A stretch of DNA of 64,000 nucleotides, taken from the NCBI GenBank assembly GCA_002501485.1, contig DLTS01000036.1:7515-71514 (forward strand), in the 5' to 3' direction. Below the pieces are notes generated by a model. The model ran no database searches and was not told the DNA's origin. It worked only from the letters and a program-made list of their open reading frames with translations. The stretch is from Acidimicrobiaceae bacterium UBA7830 (GTDB lineage Bacteria > Actinomycetota > Acidimicrobiia > Acidimicrobiales > Ilumatobacteraceae). Shown here piece by piece: positions 9,915 to 19,051 of the stretch. Every line of letters starts with the position of its first letter. Position 1 is the stretch's first letter. A program made the translations under genes and the position numbers.

Positions 9915-10601
9915 ATGTCCGGGACCTCCACGAGTGCTCGCCCCGAATGGGGAACCCTCATCGGTATCGGCCTCACGTTTTTTGCAATCGGCGTCACCGT
10001 CAACGTCCTCGTCTATGAACATGTCGGTTCAGCCGTGAAGACCATCGCTGCAGCCGGCATCGTCTTGTCAGCAACGTCAGAGCTCGCGTATGTAGCCGTA
10101 CGTGACGTCGGCGGGAGCGTGCTCGCCGCACTCATCGCTGGGTGGGTCGTCGCATCACGGTTTGGCCTGCTCGCAGCAAGCCTTGGCACCCGCATCCAGG
10201 TGGGTCATCTACAGCGGAGCTGCGCCGCTCTCAACTGCCTCGATCCGAACGTCGGTGTCGCAATGCAACAGGCCACTCCGAAGGGAGTTATCACCGCCTT
10301 CTGGTGGGTCACCGGGGCGCTACATCTTGGCTGGTGGTGTGGCACCTTCACCGGCGTCTTTCTTGGAAATATCATCGGTGATGCAAACCGGTTGGGTCTC
10401 GACGCAGTCTTCCCAGCACTGCTTCTTGCGATCATCGCCAACCTGTTGCGACAAAAGCCCGGTCTCATCGCTGCCCTCGTCGGCGGGGGGCTCTGTGCTG
10501 CGCTGCTTCCGATTGCGCCGGCGGGTACCCCCATCATTCTCAGCCTCACCGGAGCAGTCGTTGCCCTGAAGGTGCCAGAGCCAAAGGCGGCTCTCTCATG
10601 A
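9915..10601 (+). CDS. azlC: AzlC family branched-chain amino acid exporter subunit
   Basis: 228-aa polytopic protein, followed by a 99-aa AzlD-like ORF joined through an ATGA overlap. Confidence 0.7.
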   Translation: MSGTSTSARPEWGTLIGIGLTFFAIGVTVNVLVYEHVGSAVKTIAAAGIVLSATSELAYVAVRDVGGSVLAALIAGWVVASRFGLLAASLGTRIQVGHLQRSCAALNCLDPNVGVAMQQATPKGVITAFWWVTGALHLGWWCGTFTGVFLGNIIGDANRLGLDAVFPALLLAIIANLLRQKPGLIAALVGGGLCAALLPIAPAGTPIILSLTGAVVALKVPEPKAALS

Positions 10602-10897
10602 CGTGGACGATCATCATTTTGCTGGCCGTTGGTGTGGCGAGCCTCCGCCTTCTCGGCATGTACGGGGGCACCGCTCTCGTACGCAGAGTTCCGATGTTCG
10701 AACGGCTCGGATCGCTCATTCCAGCCGCAGTTGTCAGTGCAGTCATTGCCCAACTCACATTCGCAAGCGGAAAATCTCTCACCATTGATGCACGAAGCGC
10801 AGGCGTAGCCGTTGCCGCTGTGCTCATCTGGCGACGAGCACCCATCATCGTGGTGATCTTGGCGGCAGCCGCCACCACTGCGCTTCTTCGGCTCTGA
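10598..10897 (+). CDS. azlD: AzlD family protein
   Basis: 99-aa protein with 3-4 TM spans, translationally coupled to azlC. Confidence 0.7.
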   Translation: MTWTIIILLAVGVASLRLLGMYGGTALVRRVPMFERLGSLIPAAVVSAVIAQLTFASGKSLTIDARSAGVAVAAVLIWRRAPIIVVILAAAATTALLRL

Positions 10898-10931
10898 CCA
10901 ACTTGACTCCACGTCAGATACCTTCATCTCC

Positions 10932-11408
10932 ATGCATAACTGGCGGCACCGACAATGGCTTACCGCCGTCGTCGGTGCCGTGGTGGTCGCTTTCGCCGTC
11001 GGTCTCCCCACCGATGTCATCCCAAACCCCCTATTTGGGCGCCCGGTTGACGTCACCTGGTGGAGTTACCCCAGCCTCGCCGTCACCTCACTGCTTGGAG
11101 GTTTGCTACTCGCAACATATGTCGCCAAACCGCAGCCCGTCACACACGAAGGCCGAGGAATTGCGGGTGGCCTACTCGGCTTCTTCGCAATCGGCTGCCC
11201 GGTCTGCAACAAACTGGTGGTCATCGCTCTCGGTACCTCTGGGGCACTCGACTGGTTCGCCCCCACCCAACCGATTCTCGCCGTGTTATCGATGGTTCTG
11301 TTAGCGCTCGCGCTCCGCCAGCGACTCAACAGTGCAGACTCATGCGAGGTGCCAAACAGCGGAACGATGCCAGCAAATGAGCACGAAGCCGCGACAATAG
11401 AGACATGA
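10932..11408 (+). CDS. Small 4-TM membrane protein with intramembrane CxxC (family unknown)
   Basis: Four hydrophobic spans, with FFAIGCPVCNKLVVIALG in the third. The stop overlaps the menB ATG (ATGA at 11405-11408). Confidence 0.6.
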   Translation: MHNWRHRQWLTAVVGAVVVAFAVGLPTDVIPNPLFGRPVDVTWWSYPSLAVTSLLGGLLLATYVAKPQPVTHEGRGIAGGLLGFFAIGCPVCNKLVVIALGTSGALDWFAPTQPILAVLSMVLLALALRQRLNSADSCEVPNSGTMPANEHEAATIET

Positions 11409-12319
11409 GCGCTCGCCCCGACACCTCAGAAATTTTCGATGCCTCCCAATGGGACGTTGTCCCCGGGTTTGACTTCACCGACATCACCTACCACTGCGCC
11501 CGTGACGTTGGATGCGTGCGCATCGCATTCGATCGACCAGACATTCGCAACGCCTTCCGTCCACACACGGTCGACGAGTTGTATCGAGCGCTCGATCATG
11601 CCCGCATGTCAAGCGATGTTGGCTGCGTCATTCTTACCGGCAATGGCCCCTCTCAAAAAGATGGGGGTTGGGCGTTTTGCTCGGGTGGCGATCAACGCAT
11701 CCGTGGTCGAGACGGCTACCGCTATGCCGATGGTGAGACTGCGGATTCAGTCGACCCTGGGCGATCGGGTCGCCTTCACATTCTTGAGGTGCAACGGCTC
11801 ATTAGGTTCATGCCGAAGGTCGTGATGTGTGTTGTCCCCGGCTGGGCTGCAGGTGGCGGACACAGCCTTCACGTGGTGTGTGACCTCACCATTGCGAGTC
11901 GCGAACACGCAAAATTCAAACAAACAGATGCCGACGTGGCGTCCTTCGATGCAGGGTACGGTTCGGCCTACCTTGCGAAGATGGTCGGACAGAAATTTGC
12001 TCGAGAGATTTTCTTCCTCGGCTCAGAGTATTCGGCTGAAGACATGCACCGGATGGGCGCAGTAAACGCCGTTACTGATCACGCCGAACTTGAACGCACC
12101 GCTCTCGAATGGGCCCGAACCATTTGCGGTAAGAGCCCGACCGCTCAGCGCATGTTGAAGTTTGCGTTCAACCTTGTCGACGACGGCATCGTGGGTCAAC
12201 AAGTCTTTGCCGGCGAGGCCACCCGACTTGCCTACGGAACAGACGAGGGCGCCGAAGGTCGTGACTCGTTTCTCGAGAAGCGTGATCCTGACTGGTCGCC
12301 CTTCCCCTATCACTTCTGA
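11405..12319 (+). CDS. menB: 1,4-dihydroxy-2-naphthoyl-CoA synthase
   Basis: ...IAFDRPDIRNAFRPHTVDELYRALD...VILTGNGPSQKDGGWAFCSGGDQRIRGRDGY...; length and motifs match MenB. Confidence 0.92.
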   Translation: MSARPDTSEIFDASQWDVVPGFDFTDITYHCARDVGCVRIAFDRPDIRNAFRPHTVDELYRALDHARMSSDVGCVILTGNGPSQKDGGWAFCSGGDQRIRGRDGYRYADGETADSVDPGRSGRLHILEVQRLIRFMPKVVMCVVPGWAAGGGHSLHVVCDLTIASREHAKFKQTDADVASFDAGYGSAYLAKMVGQKFAREIFFLGSEYSAEDMHRMGAVNAVTDHAELERTALEWARTICGKSPTAQRMLKFAFNLVDDGIVGQQVFAGEATRLAYGTDEGAEGRDSFLEKRDPDWSPFPYHF

Positions 12320-12333
12320 TACCGACTTCTGAC

Positions 12334-13137
12334 ATGCCATTCGTCAATATCGAGTCGGTTGACGACGAGCGACTCGCTCTATTTCGACTGCGAGAGCGAG
12401 GACTCACCACGCGAGCCGACAAGCGCGACGACCATGGATCTGGCCTCTTTCTCGCCGAAGGCGATCTCGTTGTCGAACGAGCATTGCGAGCCGGCTGCAC
12501 ACCAGTCGCTGCTCTCGCTGACGAGCAACGAGTGCCTCCCATCGCTCATGACCTGGGCATTGACGTTTTCATCGGAGGTGGGGACATTCGCCAGCTCGTC
12601 ACCGGACTCGGCATGCCTCACCCCATCGTTGCGATTTTTGAGCGGCCACCGAGACCGAGCGCTATTTCACTGCTCGCTCGAACCCACCGTCTCGTGATTG
12701 TTGAACAGGTTGACAACCCAGCGAACATCGGCGGAATTGTGAGAAACGCTGCTGGACTCGGTTGGGACGGCTTGCTGCTTGACCGAGAGAGCGGAGATCC
12801 GCTGTCTCGGCGATCGCTTCGCGTTGCGATGGGAACCACATTCGAGCTGCCTCACGCACGCACAGCAGATCTTGACGGCCTCCTCGAAGCCGAAGCCCTC
12901 GATGGTCGACGCGACCTCATTGCACTCACACCTGATGAGACCGCCGCTCCAATCGATCGTGTGGCCGCAGAGCTCGACCCCAACCGTCCACGAGCAGTAC
13001 TCGTCGGATCTGAGCGCGCAGGACTCCAACCGACGACTATGGCTCGCTGCGTCGCTGCCCGTATCCCCATGTCGCCGAACGTTGATTCTTTAAATGCGGC
13101 TGCGGCCTCAGCAATCGCCTGTTTTGCGTTGAGATAA
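12334..13137 (+). CDS. TrmH/SpoU family RNA 2'-O-methyltransferase
   Basis: N-terminal substrate-binding region plus SpoU motifs (...VEQVDNPANIGGIVRNAAGLG..., ...LVGSERAGL..., IPMSPNVDSLNAAAASAI). Confidence 0.85.
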   Translation: MPFVNIESVDDERLALFRLRERGLTTRADKRDDHGSGLFLAEGDLVVERALRAGCTPVAALADEQRVPPIAHDLGIDVFIGGGDIRQLVTGLGMPHPIVAIFERPPRPSAISLLARTHRLVIVEQVDNPANIGGIVRNAAGLGWDGLLLDRESGDPLSRRSLRVAMGTTFELPHARTADLDGLLEAEALDGRRDLIALTPDETAAPIDRVAAELDPNRPRAVLVGSERAGLQPTTMARCVAARIPMSPNVDSLNAAAASAIACFALR

Positions 13138-13148
13138 CAAACCCAGTT

Positions 13149-13167
13149 AGCAGCACAATTCGCTGCT
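13149..13167. terminator. Possible bidirectional terminator hairpin between the convergent trmH-like and ABC permease genes
   Basis: AGCAGC-acaattc-GCTGCT stem-loop in the 38-nt convergent spacer; no clear U-tract. Confidence 0.3.
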
Positions 13168-13175
13168 GCACGACG

Positions 13176-14012
13176 TCACCCCGATTGGTGGGCCACCCGT
13201 CGCCGTCGAGTGCTTCCGCCAGGGGCTGCATTCCAGCGAAAGGTCCGAACCGCACAAGCGAAACCGGCAACCCCCCAGAGCACGATGACGCCGAGTGCAC
13301 CCCACTGAGGAACCGTCGTCGGGTCAGTTGGATGCAACGGGGCTTGCACCGCATCGACGAAAGGTCGAAGTGGCAACAGGTTTGCAGCAATGTCGAGAGC
13401 TATCGGCGGAGACTCCGTCGGAATGAATACATTCGAAATGAGCGCCATCGGCAACACGATTGCGTTCGCGACCCCTGATGCGGCACTTGCCGTCGGCACT
13501 AACGCCGCAACCGCCATGCCCATCGCCGCAAATGCAGTAGTCGCAACCACAACGGTGACCACAAGAGCAGGAATTGAACTCAACGGCACCGACACTCCGT
13601 AGAGCGCAACACCGACCGCTAGCATGACCACCACACTCGCTACTGCAATGACCACGGCAGCAAGAACATGCCCGCCGACGAACACCCACACGGGCAGCGG
13701 CGTCGACCTCCAACGCTGCAACACACCTTCTTCACGCCGAATCGGAACCATATTCGCAAGGTTGGTGAACGTTGCCGACACGGCTGTAAACGCGGCGATC
13801 GCAACACACACAAACGCATCAACCGGCCATTCGCCATTCGGGTCACGAATCAGACGATCACTCGAGGTGGCGTTGATGATAAATAACACCACAAATGGGA
13901 GGGCGATCGTGAAAAAGACAGCGACCGGAACTCGCACAAACAGGCGCAACTGGTGACCCGCTTGCCGAATGAGCAACGGAAGAGATGGCGGAAATTGACG
14001 GGCTTCAGTCAT
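13176..14012 (-). CDS. ABC-2 type exporter permease
   Basis: About 6 TM protein. ATG 14012 overlaps the ATPase stop (ATGACTGA). Confidence 0.75.
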   Translation of the reverse strand: MTEARQFPPSLPLLIRQAGHQLRLFVRVPVAVFFTIALPFVVLFIINATSSDRLIRDPNGEWPVDAFVCVAIAAFTAVSATFTNLANMVPIRREEGVLQRWRSTPLPVWVFVGGHVLAAVVIAVASVVVMLAVGVALYGVSVPLSSIPALVVTVVVATTAFAAMGMAVAALVPTASAASGVANAIVLPMALISNVFIPTESPPIALDIAANLLPLRPFVDAVQAPLHPTDPTTVPQWGALGVIVLWGVAGFACAVRTFRWNAAPGGSTRRRRVAHQSG

Positions 14013-14973
14013 CGCCGCCCTCTCGATCGATGCCGGCATTCAACTCAAGAAAGACCTGCTCGAGAGAAGGGTGCTCAATCGACCACTCGCTGAGATCAGT
14101 ACCCGTCGATAGCGCCCATCTGGTGATTCGCTCCAACACCTTTGTGGTTTCCTCAGTCGTGATGAGTAGTCGCGCGCCCTGCCACGCCAGCGTCGACGAG
14201 ATTCCATCCAGCACAGCCGCAACCGACGCCTCAACATCAGACGACGAACCGGCACCCGCGATCTCGACCGACATGACACTGCGTCCGTGCACCTGTTGCA
14301 GTTCTCGAGGAGGGCCCTCGACCAACATCTCACCACGTGAGATCACACCAACTTGGTCGGCAAGAAACTCGGCTTCTTCAAGGTAATGCGTGGTGAGCAG
14401 AATGGTCGTTCCATCAGCATGCAAACTCCGAATGAGTTCCCACGCATTCCTTCGGGCAGATGGGTCAAAGCCGGTCGTCGGCTCATCGAGAAACAACACC
14501 CGTGGGCGACCAATCACCGCCACCGCAAGGTCGAGACGGCGACGCTGACCTCCAGACAATGATCCCACGCGCTGATCAACAAAGTCGCCCAAACCGACCC
14601 GTTCAACGACGTCAGATAGGGAATAAGGGTTTCGATACACCGCGCCAAACAGCGTCAATGCTTCACGTGGTGTGATCTCAGATTCGATTCCGCTGGTTTG
14701 TAGAACGATGCCGATCTGATCACGTAACTCCCTCCGACGAGGCCCGCCGGCAGACGGGTCAATGCCAAGAACCTCAACTTGACCACCAACTCTGCTGCGG
14801 TGGCCTTCGAGCACCTCGACCGTTGATGTCTTTCCGGCACCATTCTCACCGAGCAGTGCGTAGACCTCCCCCTCAGCAATGGAGAGATCAAGGCCGTTTA
14901 CCGCACGGATCGTGCCTTGTGATGACGTGTACTCGACAACAAGGTCATTTACTTTCATCACCGGCGACGTCAT
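14005..14973 (-). CDS. ABC transporter ATP-binding protein (DrrA-like)
   Basis: Walker A GENGAGKTST, signature LSGGQRRRL, Walker B VLFLDEPTTGFD. Confidence 0.9.
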   Translation of the reverse strand: MTSPVMKVNDLVVEYTSSQGTIRAVNGLDLSIAEGEVYALLGENGAGKTSTVEVLEGHRSRVGGQVEVLGIDPSAGGPRRRELRDQIGIVLQTSGIESEITPREALTLFGAVYRNPYSLSDVVERVGLGDFVDQRVGSLSGGQRRRLDLAVAVIGRPRVLFLDEPTTGFDPSARRNAWELIRSLHADGTTILLTTHYLEEAEFLADQVGVISRGEMLVEGPPRELQQVHGRSVMSVEIAGAGSSSDVEASVAAVLDGISSTLAWQGARLLITTEETTKVLERITRWALSTGTDLSEWSIEHPSLEQVFLELNAGIDREGGDD

Positions 14974-15380
14974 GGCCGCAGTCCGAGCGGCTGATCGTTA
15001 CGAAGGTGATCAGCAGCCGGAACGAAATAGTCAAGAAGTTCCTTCGCGAGATCGGCGCCACCATTGCGGCCATCGCACACCTTCTCGACGGCTGACGCCA
15101 TGTGCATGAGCCAATGATCACGTTCTTTCTCGCCGACGACAAACGGGAGGTGGCGCATGCGCAATCTTGGGTGTCCACGCTGCTCCATATAGGTGTGCGG
15201 GCCTCCCCAGTACTGGATCAGGAATAACGCAAGTCGGTCTTTTGCCGGCTCAAAATCTGGATACTCCGGGTACAGCGGTGCAAGGAGGGCATCGGTTGCG
15301 ATGCCGTCGTAGAACGCAGCGACAAGCTCACGAAAGAACTCCTCGCCGCCGACGCGCTCATAGAGCGGTTCTTCATTCAC
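14970..15380 (-). CDS. glbO: Group II (O-type) truncated hemoglobin
   Basis: LYERVGGEEFFRELVAAFYDGIATDALLAPLYPE...LFLIQYWGGPHTY...RGHPRLRMRH. GTG start; the stop overlaps the ATG of the ABC ATPase (ATGA). Confidence 0.85.
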   Translation of the reverse strand: MNEEPLYERVGGEEFFRELVAAFYDGIATDALLAPLYPEYPDFEPAKDRLALFLIQYWGGPHTYMEQRGHPRLRMRHLPFVVGEKERDHWLMHMASAVEKVCDGRNGGADLAKELLDYFVPAADHLRNDQPLGLRP

Positions 15381-15400
15381 AGAGACAGCCTACGCAACGA

Positions 15401-16291
15401 TTACGAGTCGTAGGTGGGGTCGTCCCAGTCAGAAAAGATCGTTCCCAGACCATCAGACACCTTGTCGGGGAACTGCGGCGCTCGTTTCTCGAAGAACGAA
15501 TTAATGCCCTCTTTGACATCTTCAGAGCGACCACGCTCCAAAATGCCACGGCTATCAACCTTGTGTGCTGCCATTGGGTGATCTGCTCCAAGCATTCTCC
15601 ACATCATCTTCCGGGCGACCGCAATCGAGACCGCTGATGATGATTCCGTCAATCTGCGAGCGAGAGCGTAGGCGGCGGGCAGCAGATCGTCAGTCGCATA
15701 GACCGATCGAACGAGACCGCCTGCCATCGCCTCTTCGGCGGGGAACACCTCACCCGATGCCACCCACTCCATGGCTTGGCTGATACCCACCAATCGCGGA
15801 AGGAACCAACTCGATGCTGCTTCTGGAACAATGCCGCGTCGTGAGAAAACAAAACCGAACTTTGCTGCATTTGATGCAAGCCGAATATCCATCGGAAGTG
15901 TCATCGTGACACCGACACCGACAGCAGCACCGTTGATCGCGCCGATGACAGGCTTTTTTGAGTCGTAGATTCTGAGGCTTACGGTTCCCCCACCATCACG
16001 AGGCACACCATTGCGCCCCATAATGTCTGAGCCGCCACGAGAGAAGGTGCCTTCGCCCGATGACAGATCGGCCCCAGCACAAAATGCTCGACCACGTCCT
16101 GTAAAGATCACCGCCCGAACGTCATCATCAGCATCGGTGTGATCAAGAGCATCGATGATCTCGTAACGCATGAGTTCAGTAAACGCGTTCATCTTGTCGG
16201 GCCGATTCATCCAGATCGTCGCAATACCATCGGCAATCTCGAGTTCGATGTGTTCGTAGGTGGATGGGTCAAGGTCGGTAGGTGCAGCCAT
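15401..16291 (-). CDS. Enoyl-CoA hydratase/isomerase (crotonase) family
   Basis: IWMNRPDKMNAF, VIFTGRGRAFCAGADL, KPVIGAINGAAVGVG. Confidence 0.85.
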   Translation of the reverse strand: MAAPTDLDPSTYEHIELEIADGIATIWMNRPDKMNAFTELMRYEIIDALDHTDADDDVRAVIFTGRGRAFCAGADLSSGEGTFSRGGSDIMGRNGVPRDGGGTVSLRIYDSKKPVIGAINGAAVGVGVTMTLPMDIRLASNAAKFGFVFSRRGIVPEAASSWFLPRLVGISQAMEWVASGEVFPAEEAMAGGLVRSVYATDDLLPAAYALARRLTESSSAVSIAVARKMMWRMLGADHPMAAHKVDSRGILERGRSEDVKEGINSFFEKRAPQFPDKVSDGLGTIFSDWDDPTYDS

Positions 16292-16312
16292 CCCTACATC
16301 ATGGCCTGAAGG

Positions 16313-17215
16313 TCACACATCAAGGAATTTGGAGGCAGCAGTTCCGGAACCAATTGTTCCGATAAGCGCGCCGAACAGCACAACGATTAGACCGACACGC
16401 CATTCGTACCCGTCGACCACGACCAGAGCCGTCATGCCCGAATTAGCGGGGAATGCCTCCACCCCTGCCGTCCAGCGTCCATTAATGAACCACATTGCAA
16501 CCGACGCAACCGCTCCTCCAGTGACGCCCTGCAATAGCCCTTCGAGCATGAACGGAAGCCTGATGAACCAGTCGGTCGCGCCAACGAGCTTCATCACCTC
16601 AATCTCTCGACGCCGAGCAAACATCGCTGTTCTGATCGTGTTCCAAATCAGCAGCGATGCTGCAACCATCAACGCAATCCACAGACCCGTCGTATACGTC
16701 GACACAAAGCCCTGCAGTTTTGAAATGAGATCGAGTTGCTCTTCTGCAAGCTGCACCGAATACACGTTCGGTAACTCGAGATAACGGTCACGCAGACCCC
16801 GCAAAATGTCGACTTGCGTTGCATCGAGCGGAACGACTTTGTACTGAGTCGGAATGTTGAGTTCAGTGAGCTGTGACCTCGTCACCGGGTCACCGGCAAA
16901 GAGACGATCAGCATCAGAGAGCGAACACGCAACATCGCAATATGACCACGATTCGATCGTGACACCCTGCTGTTGACCCAGCGCGCCCTCAATAACGAGG
17001 CGCTGCTCTTCACCTGCACCCGAATTCACATAGACGATCATCTCGACCCCGCCCTCCCACTGGGACAGCAAATTGTCGAAGCCATGTTGAATGATAAGGG
17101 TCAGCCCGAAAATGAGCAGCGACACTGCAGCGGTGATGACCGAAGCAACAGAAAGAGTTGGATTACGACGAATGCTCTCACCGGTTTCACGGAACATGTA
17201 CCTGAGGCGCGACAT
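16313..17215 (-). CDS. ftsX: Cell division permease-like protein FtsX
   Basis: 4-TM protein with a large first extracytoplasmic loop. ATG 17215 overlaps the ftsE stop (ATGA). Confidence 0.88.
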   Translation of the reverse strand: MSRLRYMFRETGESIRRNPTLSVASVITAAVSLLIFGLTLIIQHGFDNLLSQWEGGVEMIVYVNSGAGEEQRLVIEGALGQQQGVTIESWSYCDVACSLSDADRLFAGDPVTRSQLTELNIPTQYKVVPLDATQVDILRGLRDRYLELPNVYSVQLAEEQLDLISKLQGFVSTYTTGLWIALMVAASLLIWNTIRTAMFARRREIEVMKLVGATDWFIRLPFMLEGLLQGVTGGAVASVAMWFINGRWTAGVEAFPANSGMTALVVVDGYEWRVGLIVVLFGALIGTIGSGTAASKFLDV

Positions 17216-17892
17216 CACTGGTACACACCTCGCTCTTGGTCACGAACAATCACTCCTCGATCAAGTTGCACAACGCGCCGACGCATCGCATCGACAATCC
17301 GACGATCGTGAGTAGCCATCACGACCGTCGTGCCCGTGCCATTGATCCGGTCGAGCAACCGCATGATGCCCTCACCAGTACTGGGGTCAAGGTTCCCGGT
17401 TGGTTCGTCGGCCACGAGAATGAGCGGGCGATTGACAAACGCCCGCGCGATCGACACACGTTGCTGCTCACCACCGGATAACTGGTGGGGAAAACGATCT
17501 TCCTTTCCCGACAATCCCACCAGGTCGATGACGGCAGGCACCTGCTGAGAGATCACATGCTGTGGTTTCCCAATGACTTCGAGAGCGAAGGCAATGTTTT
17601 CGAACACCGTCTTATTGAGGAGCAGTTTGTAGTCCTGGAAGACATTTCCGATGTTTCGGCGAAGTTGGGGAATGCGGTTGGCAGGCATGTCGACAATGTC
17701 ACGACCTGCGACCCAGACCGAGCCCTCCTCCGGACGCTCCTGACGGTTAATCAACCGCAAGAGGGTGCTTTTCCCTGAACCTGACGGGCCCACCAGAAAG
17801 ACAAATTCGCCCTTCGGCACCTCGAAACTCACGTCGTCAAGAGCGACTACCTCGGACGAGTAGCGCTTCGTGACATTTTCGAGCCGAATCAT
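17215..17892 (-). CDS. ftsE: Cell division ATP-binding protein FtsE
   Basis: [11 protein letters not shown]..., [39 protein letters not shown]. The track ORF is trimmed to ATG 17892, downstream of the prfB stop. Confidence 0.92.
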   Translation of the reverse strand: MIRLENVTKRYSSEVVALDDVSFEVPKGEFVFLVGPSGSGKSTLLRLINRQERPEEGSVWVAGRDIVDMPANRIPQLRRNIGNVFQDYKLLLNKTVFENIAFALEVIGKPQHVISQQVPAVIDLVGLSGKEDRFPHQLSGGEQQRVSIARAFVNRPLILVADEPTGNLDPSTGEGIMRLLDRINGTGTTVVMATHDRRIVDAMRRRVVQLDRGVIVRDQERGVYQ

Positions 17893-17932
17893 GACAACAT
17901 TGAGGGTAGTTCGCCATTCAGTTACGAATGGT

Positions 17933-19039
17933 TCAGGCCTCGTCCTCCGATGAGCGACGCCAGCGGAGATAACCCTCCATAAACTCGTCGAGGTCGCCAT
18001 CAAAAATGCCTGAGACGTTCGCCGTTTCAACTTCGGTTCGCAGGTCTTTCACCATCTGGTAGGGCTGCATCACGTATGAACGAATCTGGCTTCCCCAACC
18101 GACCTGGGCCTGCTTCCCGCCGATCGCGTCGAGTTCTGCTTGATGTTCTTCCTCAATTTTGGCCGCCAACATTGCTTGAAGGCGTCCAAGCGCGCGTTCA
18201 CGGTTTTGCAGCTGACTGCGTTCTTCTTGAGAGGAAGCGACAAGCCCGGTGGGCTCGTGAATCAGGCGCACTGCGGACGATGTCTTGTTGACGTGCTGGC
18301 CGCCTGCACCCGATGCGCGGAATACTTCCATACGAATATCTGCCTCGTTGATGTCGATATCGGGTGCGTCCATCACGGGCCACACCTGAACCGCTGCAAA
18401 ACTTGTCTGCCGGCGACCCTGGTTATCGAACGGGCTGATGCGCACGAGGCGATGTGTTCCCCGCTCAGCGGTCATCAAACCGTAAGCATAACGCCCAGTA
18501 ATCGTGACCTCAGCAGAGTTGATACCTGCCTCAGTGCCCTCTGACTGGTAGTTCAATTCGATTGCGAACCCACGGCGCTCAGCCCACCTGCCGTACATAC
18601 GAAGCAACATTTCGGCGAAGTCTTGGGCATCGACTCCACCGTCTTTTGCGTTGATCTGCACAATGCAGCCCGAGTCATCATGATCGCCGGTGAACAGGCT
18701 CCGGAGTTCAAGTTGATCGAGTCGGATAGCAGCTGCGGCAATTGACTCCTCAATTTCAGGCTCGAGGCTGGCATCATCTTCGTCGCGCGCGAGTTCGTGC
18801 AACACCTCGACGTCTGACACCGATGCAACGATTTGCGAATAGGTATCGACGTCATCTTTTACGGCTGCATATTCAGCGTTGACTGCTTTGGCTTTATCGG
18901 CGTCATCCCACAGGTCTGGTCGGGAGATTTCGGCCTCCAGCTCGATGAGTCGGTCTCGGCCTTCGGGAATATGCAGATACGAAGAGGCTTCGTCTACCCG
19001 GCGAACAAGGTCGCGAATGTCATCAGTAAAGTCGCGCAT
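17933..19039 (-). CDS. prfB: Peptide chain release factor 2 (single uninterrupted frame)
   Basis: [17 protein letters not shown] (GGQ motif) and an SPF-type region. No in-frame UGA at the position of the E. coli frameshift site (here ...SSYLHIPEG...). Confidence 0.95.
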   Translation of the reverse strand: MRDFTDDIRDLVRRVDEASSYLHIPEGRDRLIELEAEISRPDLWDDADKAKAVNAEYAAVKDDVDTYSQIVASVSDVEVLHELARDEDDASLEPEIEESIAAAAIRLDQLELRSLFTGDHDDSGCIVQINAKDGGVDAQDFAEMLLRMYGRWAERRGFAIELNYQSEGTEAGINSAEVTITGRYAYGLMTAERGTHRLVRISPFDNQGRRQTSFAAVQVWPVMDAPDIDINEADIRMEVFRASGAGGQHVNKTSSAVRLIHEPTGLVASSQEERSQLQNRERALGRLQAMLAAKIEEEHQAELDAIGGKQAQVGWGSQIRSYVMQPYQMVKDLRTEVETANVSGIFDGDLDEFMEGYLRWRRSSEDEA

Positions 19040-19051
19040 CGCACTATCTCG

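Noticed and set aside
10205-11056. A 283-aa minus-strand ORF spanning azlC, azlD and the CxxC membrane gene
   Set aside because: It crosses three well-supported plus-strand genes, is rich in Cys/Arg/Ser, and resembles no protein. It is a GC-driven artefact.
16292-16312. Inverted repeats at the two putative inversion breakpoints (16292-16312 versus 61813-61902)
   Set aside because: There is only a 7-nt match (GTGTGAC), which is compatible with chance. The inversion idea rests on synteny alone.
18940-19039. Programmed +1 frameshift site in prfB
   Set aside because: The frame is continuous (…SSYLHIPEG…, TAT CTG CAT) with no in-frame UGA. This is an RF2 gene of the non-frameshifting type.
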